A stretch of 33,162 nucleotides of DNA from a virus (IMGVR_UViG_3300032320_001880:1-33162); one strand, 5' to 3'; positions 18,631-27,299 are shown, counted from the stretch's first letter. Numbers and translations: made by a program. Notes: generated from the letters alone by a model not told the origin.

Positions 18631-19884
18631 ATGACTAAATTATCAAATTACGGAGAAAATATTATTGGTTCTGAGATATTAAAGATATCAAGTAAAATCA
18701 AAGCCAAAACTGAAAAGGTATATAACTATACAATTGGGGATTTCGATTCTCAATTGTATCCTATACCACAAAAATTGAATGAATACATTCAATCAAACTT
18801 TAATGTTTCAAATACAAATTATCCAACACCTGTCGGTGAATTATCACTTAGAGAAGCTGTTTCATCACATCTTAGAAGAAATCATTTCATAGATTATTCA
18901 CCAAATGAAATACTTATTGGTGCTGGTGTTAGACCTCTTATCTATACAATATTTAAAACAATTATTGATAAAGGTGATGAGATTATATTTCCAGTTCCAA
19001 GTTGGAATAATAACCATTATACATTCTTACACGATGGGAAACCAATTAAAATTGAATGTTCCCCTGAAAATGATTTCTTTCCAACAGCAAAACAAATTAA
19101 AGATAATATCAAGAACGCAAGAATGGTATGTCTTTGTTCCCCACAAAATCCAACAGGAAAAATAATTAATCCTGATGTTCTTAAAGATATTTGTCAAATT
19201 ATAGTGGATGAAAATAAAAGAAGGTTGGAAACAACAAAAGATTACAAACCAGTATATCTTTTCTTTGATCAGATTTATTCAGATTTATCAAGAATACAAA
19301 CACATCATCCAATCAAATTAGTTCCCCAGATCAAAGATTTTTTGGTATGTGTAGATGGTATTTCAAAGTCATTGGCAGCTACAGGAGTAAGGGTTGGATG
19401 GATGTTTGGACCTGAGCAATTAATTAAGAAAGCTGGTGAGATATTCAGTCATATTGGGGCTTGGGCTAATAAACCTGAACAAATTGGGGTAGGACAATAC
19501 TTATCAAAAGATTTTGACGATCCTTATTATGGTATTAACACATTTTTATCTGCAAGGAATAATACATTTGGGCAAATATGTAATGGTATTTGTGGGGTAT
19601 TAGAGGGTATGAAAAATGGTGGGTATAAGGTTAATTACAAAAAACCTGATGGGGCTATCTACATATCAGTTTATTTAGGTTATATGGATAAGTTTAGCAG
19701 TTTAGATGAGATGTTAGATTTCTTGATTGATGAATGTAAAGTAGGGTTAGTTCCATTTGAATATTTTGGATCGACAGAAAATAAAGGTTGGTTTAGATTA
19801 TCAGTTGGAACAATTAAATTGAAGGATTTAACTGAACATCAAGCAGTTATAGAAAATATGATAAAAAAATTGGATAATAAGTAA
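18631..19884 (+). CDS. PLP-dependent class I/II (aspartate-type) aminotransferase
   Basis: YTIGDFD, LREAV, LCSPQNPTG, DQIY, DGISKSLAATGVRVGW (PLP lysine), WFRLS. Confidence 0.93.
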   Translation: MTKLSNYGENIIGSEILKISSKIKAKTEKVYNYTIGDFDSQLYPIPQKLNEYIQSNFNVSNTNYPTPVGELSLREAVSSHLRRNHFIDYSPNEILIGAGVRPLIYTIFKTIIDKGDEIIFPVPSWNNNHYTFLHDGKPIKIECSPENDFFPTAKQIKDNIKNARMVCLCSPQNPTGKIINPDVLKDICQIIVDENKRRLETTKDYKPVYLFFDQIYSDLSRIQTHHPIKLVPQIKDFLVCVDGISKSLAATGVRVGWMFGPEQLIKKAGEIFSHIGAWANKPEQIGVGQYLSKDFDDPYYGINTFLSARNNTFGQICNGICGVLEGMKNGGYKVNYKKPDGAIYISVYLGYMDKFSSLDEMLDFLIDECKVGLVPFEYFGSTENKGWFRLSVGTIKLKDLTEHQAVIENMIKKLDNK

Positions 19885-19900
19885 ATAATCTATATTTTTG
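19869..19900 (+). promoter_or_regulatory. Bacteroidota-type sigma70 promoter
   Basis: ATTG 19869-72, 20 nt, TATTTTTG 19893-19900; ATG 4 nt later. Confidence 0.65.
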
Positions 19901-19904
19901 TTGG

Positions 19905-20117
19905 ATGAAGAAAGTTAAAGAAACTAATCAAGTATTATTGGTAATAAGTGATACTGGTAATCCAAAAATGGGTAGATTTGGGCATAATTGGGGTATTGAT
20001 TGTCCATTTTTGAGTGATGCTACTAAGGAAATGAAGGATGAGTTTGCTAAGAAACAATTGGAATTATATAAGGATTTCACGGAAGGAAGGGTTTCTTATT
20101 ATTATCACGAAAAATAA
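19905..20117 (+). CDS. Hypothetical protein
   Basis: 70-aa ORF with own promoter. Confidence 0.7.
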   Translation: MKKVKETNQVLLVISDTGNPKMGRFGHNWGIDCPFLSDATKEMKDEFAKKQLELYKDFTEGRVSYYYHEK

Positions 20118-20149
20118 TTTGTAAATTAGAAATAATAGTTTTACCTTTG
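20118..20149 (+). promoter_or_regulatory. Bacteroidota-type sigma70 promoter
   Basis: TTTG 20118-21, 20 nt, TACCTTTG 20142-49. Confidence 0.8.
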
Positions 20150-20170
20150 TAATATTAAAATAAAAAGATT

Positions 20171-20632
20171 ATGAAAAAAGAATTTGCAACATATGAACAA
20201 TCTTTAGCATTAAAAGAGCTTGGATTTGATGAACCTTGTTTTGGATATTATTATACTATTAATGGGAGAGATTGGAAATTTGCTGAAAAAATTGAATACT
20301 TGAGATTAGATGATGAAATAAACATTGGTCCTAATTTTAATATATTAGCACCACTCAAACAACAAGTATTTAGATGGTTTAGAGATTATTTTGATATGTC
20401 TTCTGATATAGTTTCTAGATTACCTTTTTATAATAATTTTGATAGTGAAGGAAATATTGAAGACGGAGAACTAAAATGGGAATATAACTATAGAATAATA
20501 CATAATAAAGATGGTTATAAATGTGAAGTTTATGAAAGTAATGTTTTAAATAATTTTACACATTATGAAAAATACGAAGAAGCAGAAAATGCTTGTATTG
20601 ATAAGCTAATTGAAATTGTAAAACAAAAATAA
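20171..20632 (+). CDS. Phage hypothetical protein
   Basis: EF..YEQSLALKELGFDEPC...APL.QQVFRWFR...YEEAE.AC..KLIEI pattern. Confidence 0.8.
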   Translation: MKKEFATYEQSLALKELGFDEPCFGYYYTINGRDWKFAEKIEYLRLDDEINIGPNFNILAPLKQQVFRWFRDYFDMSSDIVSRLPFYNNFDSEGNIEDGELKWEYNYRIIHNKDGYKCEVYESNVLNNFTHYEKYEEAENACIDKLIEIVKQK

Positions 20633-20639
20633 AAAGATT

Positions 20640-20861
20640 ATGAAAGAGATGTTATTATTTATTCTATTCGCATTTGGTATGATGACGCTTGGACTTTATT
20701 GTGAAAGTAAGCAAGATCCATATGAAGTAGGATCACATTGGGATTATAGTATTCAATGTGAAAATGGTTTTGTTTATAAAACATTAGATAGTCGGAGAGG
20801 AACAATTCAAGTCCTTAATTCTGATGGAACACCTTTAAAATGTGGTAATAAAATATATTGA
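20640..20861 (+). CDS. Small exported/membrane-anchored protein
   Basis: Hydrophobic N-terminus followed by Cys; ends at TGA. Confidence 0.65.
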   Translation: MKEMLLFILFAFGMMTLGLYCESKQDPYEVGSHWDYSIQCENGFVYKTLDSRRGTIQVLNSDGTPLKCGNKIY

Positions 20862-20862
20862 T

Positions 20863-20894
20863 ATTGTTTTATTGAAATAAAAGGGTTATATTTG
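20863..20894 (+). promoter_or_regulatory. Bacteroidota-type sigma70 promoter
   Basis: ATTG 20863-66, 20 nt, TATATTTG 20887-94; smpB ATG 4 nt later. Confidence 0.7.
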
Positions 20895-20898
20895 TGGT

Positions 20899-21324
20899 AT
20901 GAAAAACAGGAAAGCATTTTATGATTATCATATAGAAGAACAATACACAGCAGGTATTGTCCTTAAAGGTGATGAAGTTAAATCTATCAGAAATGGTAAA
21001 TGTAATTTTACAGATGCTTTCTGCATTATCACATCCAACTCAATAATCCTTAAAGGTTTATATGTGAATAAAAATAACCCATTCTCACCCGATGAAAAAA
21101 GGGATAAAACATTACTTTTAAATAAAAAAGAAATAAATAAAATTAAAAGTAAGTTTGTTGTGAAAGGTTATACTTTAGTCCCATTAGAACTTATATTTGT
21201 TAAGGGAATGGCTAAAGTGGTTATTGGTGTAGCCAAAGGTAAAAAGTCATTTGATAAAAAAGATAGTATCAAGTCAAAAGACATTGAAAAACAAACAAAA
21301 CGAGAATTAAAAAATTATAAGTGA
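20899..21324 (+). CDS. smpB: SsrA-binding protein SmpB
   Basis: NRKAFYDY, AGIVLKGDEVKSIR, R-x-K-x-LLLNKKEI, GYTLVPL, AKGKKSFDKK basic tail. Confidence 0.93.
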   Translation: MKNRKAFYDYHIEEQYTAGIVLKGDEVKSIRNGKCNFTDAFCIITSNSIILKGLYVNKNNPFSPDEKRDKTLLLNKKEINKIKSKFVVKGYTLVPLELIFVKGMAKVVIGVAKGKKSFDKKDSIKSKDIEKQTKRELKNYK

Positions 21325-21626
21325 TCGTTGAAAGAATTGACAAATTAGAAGAATATAAATATAATTACATTATGGAAGTTAAAAAAACAAACAAACAACT
21401 TTACAAGAAGTTTGATGGAACAGGACAGTTCCCAACGGATGCTCACGGAAAAATCATCAATAACAGAGCAACAGGTTATGATCCCTCTAAATATAGTTTT
21501 GAGGTGTTTAAGAAAACCGTTAAGGAGAAATTGGACTTGGCAACCGCTAAATCTAAATGGAAATCCTTTATGAGAATGTCTTATGGTAAAAATTGGAAAA
21601 GATATAACAACCCAACGACATTTTAA
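21321..21626 (+). CDS. Hypothetical basic protein
   Basis: GTGA-coupled ORF (alternative ATG at 21372). Confidence 0.6.
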   Translation: MIVERIDKLEEYKYNYIMEVKKTNKQLYKKFDGTGQFPTDAHGKIINNRATGYDPSKYSFEVFKKTVKEKLDLATAKSKWKSFMRMSYGKNWKRYNNPTTF

Positions 21627-21661
21627 TAAAACCCGCTATTTATATTAAAATTATTAAAATT

Positions 21662-21901
21662 ATGAAGTTAGAAGAATTAAAAAGTAAAATTAAAACCGAA
21701 GATTTTGACACGGTTTGTTTATTGATGTATGAAGCAATCGCTGAAAATAAAATCACAGCTGAGCAATTTACTGAATTGATGTATGAAGTCACGGATGAGT
21801 TTGAAGATCAACCTGAAGAGGACGATTTCAATGAATCTTTTGAAGAAGAAAACGATTTATTTGATAATTTTGATGATGAAGATTTAGATGAAAATTATTA
21901 A
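21662..21901 (+). CDS. Small protein with very acidic C-terminal tail
   Basis: DEFEDQPEEDDFNESFEEENDLFDNFDDEDLDENY; TATTTAT 21637-21643. Confidence 0.75.
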   Translation: MKLEELKSKIKTEDFDTVCLLMYEAIAENKITAEQFTELMYEVTDEFEDQPEEDDFNESFEEENDLFDNFDDEDLDENY

Positions 21902-21906
21902 TAATT

Positions 21907-21934
21907 AAACCCAATATTTCTATTGGGTTTTTTT
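21907..21934 (+). terminator. Intrinsic terminator
   Basis: AAACCCAATA-TTTC-TATTGGGTTT plus T-tract. Confidence 0.85.
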
Positions 21935-21957
21935 ATGCCTATACTTAAAAAAATATT

Positions 21958-22788
21958 ATGAAAGACACAAAAACATATCACGAGCTGGTTCAAAAACTCA
22001 GGGAGTTTTTCCTAGCAAAGGGCTTCTTAGAAGTGCCTACACAATCAAGATTATCAATTTTAGCGGCATGTGAAAACCCGCACTCAATCACACAATTTAA
22101 TTATTCAGGTGAGGTTTGGCCTCTACCACAAACAGGGCAAATGTGGTTAGAACACGAGTTATTACAAAACCCTGAATGGAATGGGGTATTCTGTATTTCA
22201 ACATCATACAGACAAGAAAAAGATCCAATCCCTGGTAGACACGAACTTATTTTCCCAATGTTTGAGTTTGAATCAAAAGGTGACATTAATGATATGAGAA
22301 AGATGGAAGAAGAACTTCTTATTCATTTAGGATTCGGAGCACCTGATAGAGTATTCTATAATTCTATGTGTGACAAATATGATGTTCAGATTTTAGAAAA
22401 CAGAGAAGAAACTAAAATGTGGAAAGATTTCGGTAATTGTATTTCATTGGAACATTTCCCTGAAAGAACAAATCCATTTTGGAATATGAAACACGATAGA
22501 AGTGATTTATATAATAAAATTGATGTGATTTTATTTGGACAAGAAACAATTGGTTCGGCTGAAAGAAGTTGTGATGTTGAACAAATGAGAAACACTTTCT
22601 ATACAATTGAAAATGGTGGTTACTCTAAAAAATTATTTGAATTGTTTGGTAAAGAAAGAGTTGAAAAAGAATTAGAACAATTTTTATCGTATGACTTCTT
22701 TAGCAGATTTGGTGGCGGGATTGGCCTCACCAGATTAAGCCGAGCTTACAAGATGTTAAAGGAACTTGAATTAGCTGAAAGTAAATAA
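21958..22788 (+). CDS. Class IIb aminoacyl-tRNA-synthetase-like protein, catalytic domain only (AsnRS/AspRS/LysRS-type)
   Basis: Motif 1 REFF..KGFLEVPT, LPQTGQMWLE, motif 2 SYRQE...RH..IFPMFEFE, ETIGSAER, motif 3 GGGIGLTRL; no N-terminal OB fold. Confidence 0.85.
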   Translation: MKDTKTYHELVQKLREFFLAKGFLEVPTQSRLSILAACENPHSITQFNYSGEVWPLPQTGQMWLEHELLQNPEWNGVFCISTSYRQEKDPIPGRHELIFPMFEFESKGDINDMRKMEEELLIHLGFGAPDRVFYNSMCDKYDVQILENREETKMWKDFGNCISLEHFPERTNPFWNMKHDRSDLYNKIDVILFGQETIGSAERSCDVEQMRNTFYTIENGGYSKKLFELFGKERVEKELEQFLSYDFFSRFGGGIGLTRLSRAYKMLKELELAESK

Positions 22789-22822
22789 AAAAAGGGTAGT
22801 TATTAAACTACCCTTTTTTTTT
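22787..22822. terminator. Bidirectional terminator between convergent genes
   Basis: A7-GGGTAGTT-ATTA-AACTACCC-T9. Confidence 0.9.
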
Positions 22823-22827
22823 AAATA

Positions 22828-23283
22828 TTAGTGAATGTTATCCCAATAATCTTTACCATAACCTACAAATATTTCATCACCAGCATCAATATCTTTGGTT
22901 GCTTGGATGTAAATGTTTTTACCATCCTGAGCTAAAGCTGAATTGTTTCTTTTACCTCTAATCTTTCTAAAACCTTCAGCGTCATTGGCGTATTTGGCTA
23001 AACACTTTGAATCATAAACATCTAAAGTGGTATTATCATCAATATAGATGAAATAAGCCGATCTTGCACCTCCAACATCTCTTTTTTCAAGTTCTTTACT
23101 ATCAATGTAATCACCAGTGAATTTACAGATATATTCACCTTTTTTAAAATCTTTCTTAGCGAAAAGTCCTTTACCTGAATTAGGTATTGTTGAAACATCA
23201 ACTTTAAGGTTTTTACTTTCTGAAGATTCTTGTAATCTTTCCTTTTTTACTTCATTTAGAATGTTTTTAATTAACTTTTCCAT
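22828..23283 (-). CDS. SET-domain protein (putative lysine methyltransferase)
   Basis: STIPNSGKGLFAKKDFKKGE, AKYANDA, ATKDIDAGDEIFVGYGKDYW. Confidence 0.9.
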   Translation of the reverse strand: MEKLIKNILNEVKKERLQESSESKNLKVDVSTIPNSGKGLFAKKDFKKGEYICKFTGDYIDSKELEKRDVGGARSAYFIYIDDNTTLDVYDSKCLAKYANDAEGFRKIRGKRNNSALAQDGKNIYIQATKDIDAGDEIFVGYGKDYWDNIH

Positions 23284-23305
23284 ACATTTTTTATTTTAAT
23301 GGGTT

Positions 23306-23336
23306 GCAATATACAACTTTTTTTAATATTTACAAA
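23306..23336 (-). promoter_or_regulatory. Bacteroidota-type sigma70 promoter variant
   Basis: Minus strand TTTG, 19 nt, TATATTGC, upstream of SET gene. Confidence 0.6.
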
Positions 23337-23342
23337 TTATTT

Positions 23343-24752
23343 TTAAATAATCTTATTTAATGGGGTTTTAACCAATTTAGGGGTAGGAATAATCATTACA
23401 TTATTACCTCTTCTTTCCAATGTAATTAAACCAAAGTTATACAATGATTTCAATAAAGGTTTTACATTATGAGATGCTTGTAATTTTGGATCGACAATTC
23501 TTCTTATTGTTGTTATATTTTGCTCACCCTTTTCTTTTAATAGTTTAACGGCTTTAATGAAAGCTTCTTGTGGGACTTTACCTGTGAAGTTTTCAATATC
23601 TTTATATAAATCAACACTTTTGAAATATTCTTTAGGATTTTCTTTAAAGTATTTTACAACTTCAGGTTTTTTTAATAAATCAATAACCAATTCTCTTAAT
23701 AATTTTTTGAAATTACTTTTTGTTATTTTTTCATTACTTACAATACTAATTATAGAATATTCTTCCCCATAATATCTTTCACCTGTTTCTTTATTATTTA
23801 TTATTTCTTTAACATAAAATGTTGGTGATATACTATTATTTTCTATATTTACATCAACCTCTATAAAATGATTAGTATTTGGTTTTTCGAATACTAATTT
23901 AAATCCATCAGTCTTATAATATAATTGTGTTCTTTTGTAATCTTTAATAGATTTTAATGAATTATCATCGAGTTCATTTTTAATAAAATCTTTTGTAACG
24001 TCATCTTTAGCTAACATAGCATCTTTCTCAATAGCTTCAATTATTTCAGGAATATATCTTTTAACAATATTAGCTTCTTGCGGAGTTAATAACTCATCAC
24101 TAGCATCCCAAAACTCAAGTTTATTTGATTTTTTATTAACTAAAATAGCAATTTTATATAAGTTATCCTCATTATGGGCCCTATCATTTTTATCAATAAC
24201 AAAATAAATTAAATTATCTTTTGAATATCCTTCATATCTATTTTGATGTTTTGTTGCTGATATACACCATTTAGTATTTTGTCCATACTTACAAGACGCT
24301 AACATTGAATTTACTTTAATGACTAACCATCTTTTATCTTCATAAATGGTATTTATCTTTTTTTCTTCCCTTTTAGTATATTCTCTTTGTTCTATTCCAA
24401 TAAAAGTATCCAACATACTTACATAATCCTGAACCATAATATCTTTAGTTATTAAACCTGATTTTTTATAACTCATCCATCTTTCAAACGCCAAAAGAGC
24501 TTTATTAAAAGATTCATCTGCTGTCATATTTGAATCATTCCAAATCTCTAAAGATATATCAAAATACTTTGAAATGTATTTTTTAGGTGTTGGTATTTTA
24601 TCAGTAAATAATTTAGCATACTTATCAAAAGTATCACTAAAACCAATAGATAAACCAATTTCAGATTTTTCTAATTCTTTTTTTTTGTTCTTAATGATAT
24701 TATCTATTTCGTTCTCTAATAATATACTTTCAATCAACGTTCTTAAACTCAT
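23343..24752 (-). CDS. Hypothetical protein, YGxxTKWC family member 5, with probable C-terminal winged HTH
   Basis: ILLE|NE leader, IYEDKRW, ASCKYGQNTKWCISA, YKIAIL, FWDASD; C-term LKSLYNFGLITLERRGNNVMI; TATTTAT at 24757-24763. Confidence 0.8.
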   Translation of the reverse strand: MSLRTLIESILLENEIDNIIKNKKKELEKSEIGLSIGFSDTFDKYAKLFTDKIPTPKKYISKYFDISLEIWNDSNMTADESFNKALLAFERWMSYKKSGLITKDIMVQDYVSMLDTFIGIEQREYTKREEKKINTIYEDKRWLVIKVNSMLASCKYGQNTKWCISATKHQNRYEGYSKDNLIYFVIDKNDRAHNEDNLYKIAILVNKKSNKLEFWDASDELLTPQEANIVKRYIPEIIEAIEKDAMLAKDDVTKDFIKNELDDNSLKSIKDYKRTQLYYKTDGFKLVFEKPNTNHFIEVDVNIENNSISPTFYVKEIINNKETGERYYGEEYSIISIVSNEKITKSNFKKLLRELVIDLLKKPEVVKYFKENPKEYFKSVDLYKDIENFTGKVPQEAFIKAVKLLKEKGEQNITTIRRIVDPKLQASHNVKPLLKSLYNFGLITLERRGNNVMIIPTPKLVKTPLNKII

Positions 24753-24807
24753 ATCTATAAATATATCCCAAATTAAAAATTAAACTATTTATAAAGAGGA
24801 TATAGAT

Positions 24808-25317
24808 ATGGCAATAGATAATATTACACTAAGTAGGATTGATACCCTTCATCCAAAAATTAGACAAGAAGTTAAAGACATTTATTTAAATGAAGTAGTT
24901 CCAACTTTAACTAACATAACTTGTAGGTTCGCTTATACATTAAGAACATTTCAAGAACAAGATGCTTTATATGCTCAAGGTAGAACTAAACTATTTGATA
25001 GTAATGGAAAAAAATTAGGTATTGTTACCAAAGCAAAGGGAGGACAATCAATTCATAATTACGGATTAGCGTTTGATATTGTTTTATTGGTAAATGGTGG
25101 TGCTAGTTGGGATGAAGTAAAAGATTTTGATAAGGATGGTAAGCCTGATTGGATGGAAGTTGTAAATATCTATAAAAGACACGGATATACTTGGGGTGGT
25201 GATTGGAAGTTTAAAGATTCACCTCATTTAGAGAAATCAGGATATGATTGGAGAACATTACTTGCTAAGTATAATGCTGGTGATTTCATACCTGGAACAA
25301 AATACGTAAATATATAA
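24808..25317 (+). CDS. Peptidase M15-family endolysin (L-Ala-D-Glu peptidase-like)
   Basis: RTFQEQDALYAQGRT, AKGGQSIHNYGLAFD, WGGDWKFKDSPHLE; TATTTAT 24786-24792. Confidence 0.92.
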   Translation: MAIDNITLSRIDTLHPKIRQEVKDIYLNEVVPTLTNITCRFAYTLRTFQEQDALYAQGRTKLFDSNGKKLGIVTKAKGGQSIHNYGLAFDIVLLVNGGASWDEVKDFDKDGKPDWMEVVNIYKRHGYTWGGDWKFKDSPHLEKSGYDWRTLLAKYNAGDFIPGTKYVNI

Positions 25318-25345
25318 TAAACTAATAAATAAAAACTAACAAACT

Positions 25346-26170
25346 ATGTTATTAAAAGTAGGATCTACTGGAGAAGATGTAAAAAAACTCCAAGCAAAAT
25401 TAGGAACTGCAGCTGATGGTATTTTCGGTGCAGGAACAGAAAAACTTGTTAAAGAATGGCAATCAAAGAATAATTTAAGTGCTGATGGTATTGTCGGTGA
25501 TGGAACTTGGAAAGCAATGTTCGGTGAAGTGGCAGCACCTGCACCTACAACAACTGCAATCCCAGCTTCAGGTTTTAAATTGGATAAATTAAAAGGACAT
25601 GTTCCTGATTCAGTATTGGCTCAAATCCCTGATACAGCAGCTAAGTTCAATATCACAAACAATTTAAGATTGGCTCACTTCTTAGCGCAATGCGGACACG
25701 AAAGTGGTGGTTTTAAAGCAACACAAGAAAACTTAAACTATTCAGCTGATGGTTTGAAGAAGATATTCCCTAAGTATTTCCCAGGAACATTGGCTGAGGG
25801 TTATGCAAGAAACCCACAAAAAATCGCTTCTAAGGTATATGCTTCAAGAATGGGTAATGGTGATGAAAATTCAGGTGAAGGATACAAGTTCAGAGGTAGA
25901 GGTTTTATCCAGTTAACTGGTAAAGCTAACTATCAAGGATTTACAAAGTTCATTGGTGAAGATTGTATCGCTAACCCAGATTTAGTAGCGACTAAATATC
26001 CATTGGCTTCAGCAGCATATTTCTTTAATTCAAACAAATTATGGGAAATATGTGATAAAGGTGCTGATGAAGCGACTGTTACGGCTGTTACAAAAAGAGT
26101 AAATGGCGGCACAATTGGGCTTAGCGAAAGATTAAAGGAGTTTAAACATTTCTACGCTTTATTATCATAA
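25346..26170 (+). CDS. GH19 endolysin with N-terminal peptidoglycan-binding domain
   Basis: LKVGSTGEDVKKLQ...DGIFG...DGIVG; AHFLAQCGHESGGF, FRGRGFIQLTGKANY, TKRVNGGTIGL. Confidence 0.93.
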   Translation: MLLKVGSTGEDVKKLQAKLGTAADGIFGAGTEKLVKEWQSKNNLSADGIVGDGTWKAMFGEVAAPAPTTTAIPASGFKLDKLKGHVPDSVLAQIPDTAAKFNITNNLRLAHFLAQCGHESGGFKATQENLNYSADGLKKIFPKYFPGTLAEGYARNPQKIASKVYASRMGNGDENSGEGYKFRGRGFIQLTGKANYQGFTKFIGEDCIANPDLVATKYPLASAAYFFNSNKLWEICDKGADEATVTAVTKRVNGGTIGLSERLKEFKHFYALLS

Positions 26171-26197
26171 GAACATTCTATTTTAACTCATAAAATT

Positions 26198-26227
26198 AAG
26201 CATCTGATTATCAGGTGCTTTTTTTTT
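26198..26227 (+). terminator. Intrinsic terminator
   Basis: AAGCATCTGA-TTA-TCAGGTGCTT plus T-tract. Confidence 0.85.
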
Positions 26228-26282
26228 ATCTTTTATAGAAAAAAATACTACCTTTTTCTATTTTCAGCCTATTTATATATAT

Positions 26283-26456
26283 ATGAGAAACAAATTAGAA
26301 GAAGAAAAAAAGAAAGAAAAGTTATCTATATCGGTGAGTAGAGAACTTATGAAAGTGGTTGATGAAAACCAAAAAAACAGATCTAAGTATATTGAATGGT
26401 TGATATACCAAGACCTTACTAAAAATAATTTAATTGATAGTTCAGTTATGTTTTAA
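26283..26456 (+). CDS. Small ribbon-helix-helix-like DNA-binding protein (57 aa, not in ORF track)
   Basis: KEKLSISVSRELMKVVDE...NRSKYIEWLI; TATTTAT 26270-26276 upstream; stop 1 nt before HNH ATG. Confidence 0.7.
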   Translation: MRNKLEEEKKKEKLSISVSRELMKVVDENQKNRSKYIEWLIYQDLTKNNLIDSSVMF

Positions 26457-26457
26457 A

Positions 26458-27279
26458 ATGGATTACAAGAAAATATATGATAATCTAATGGAAAGTAGAT
26501 TATCTATGAAAGAAGATAGATTATTAGAGAAAAAAAATGGTGGTTATTTTGAGGGACATCATATAATACCAAAGTCAAAAGGTGGTTTAGGTATTAGCAC
26601 CAGACCTAAAAATAATCCTAACATTGTTTTACTAACTGCAAGGGAACATTTTTTAGCTCATTGGTTATTATGGAGAATATACAGGGATAGACAAAGTGCT
26701 TTGGCATTCCATAAGATGATGTCATCAACTAAAAACACAAAAAGAATAACATCTTCAAGAGGGTATGAAGAAGCAAGAGAAGCTTTTAGAATTACAAATA
26801 TCGGTAATAAATATGGTAAAGGTAAAACTAAAGTTGTAAGTGAAGAACAAAAAAAGAAACAATCAGAAATTATGAAAGGGAGAAATCTTGGTGATAATAA
26901 CCCATCTAAAAGATTGGATGTGAGGAAAAAAATAAGTGAAAAACTTAAAGGGATTAAAAGAACACCGGAACAAGTAGAAAAATTAAGAAAACATTCATTG
27001 GAATATAAAGTAGAGTGTCCGCATTGTAAAAAGTGTTTTGATGTTAGAAATGCTAAGAAATGGCATTTTGAATATTGTTCTTTAAACCCTAATAAAAAAG
27101 AAAGGGTTAAAACTAATTTTTCTGAAGGTAATACTTATGGGTGTAAAAAAGTTTTAGATTTAACCACAAATCAAATATATTCTTCAGTAAAAGAAATTGC
27201 CAAAATACATAAAGTATCCCAAGCAACAATCACAAGATGGATTAAAAAAGGTATTAAAATGAAATATTTTGTGGAATAA
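26458..27279 (+). CDS. HNH homing endonuclease with NUMOD3-like repeats, Cys/His module and C-terminal HTH
   Basis: EGHHIIPKSKGG...NIVLLTAREHFLAHWLL; SEEQKKKQSE; CPHC...WHFEYC; YSSVKEIAK...QATITRWI. Confidence 0.88.
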   Translation: MDYKKIYDNLMESRLSMKEDRLLEKKNGGYFEGHHIIPKSKGGLGISTRPKNNPNIVLLTAREHFLAHWLLWRIYRDRQSALAFHKMMSSTKNTKRITSSRGYEEAREAFRITNIGNKYGKGKTKVVSEEQKKKQSEIMKGRNLGDNNPSKRLDVRKKISEKLKGIKRTPEQVEKLRKHSLEYKVECPHCKKCFDVRNAKKWHFEYCSLNPNKKERVKTNFSEGNTYGCKKVLDLTTNQIYSSVKEIAKIHKVSQATITRWIKKGIKMKYFVE

Positions 27280-27299
27280 TTAAAAATTATATATTTATT

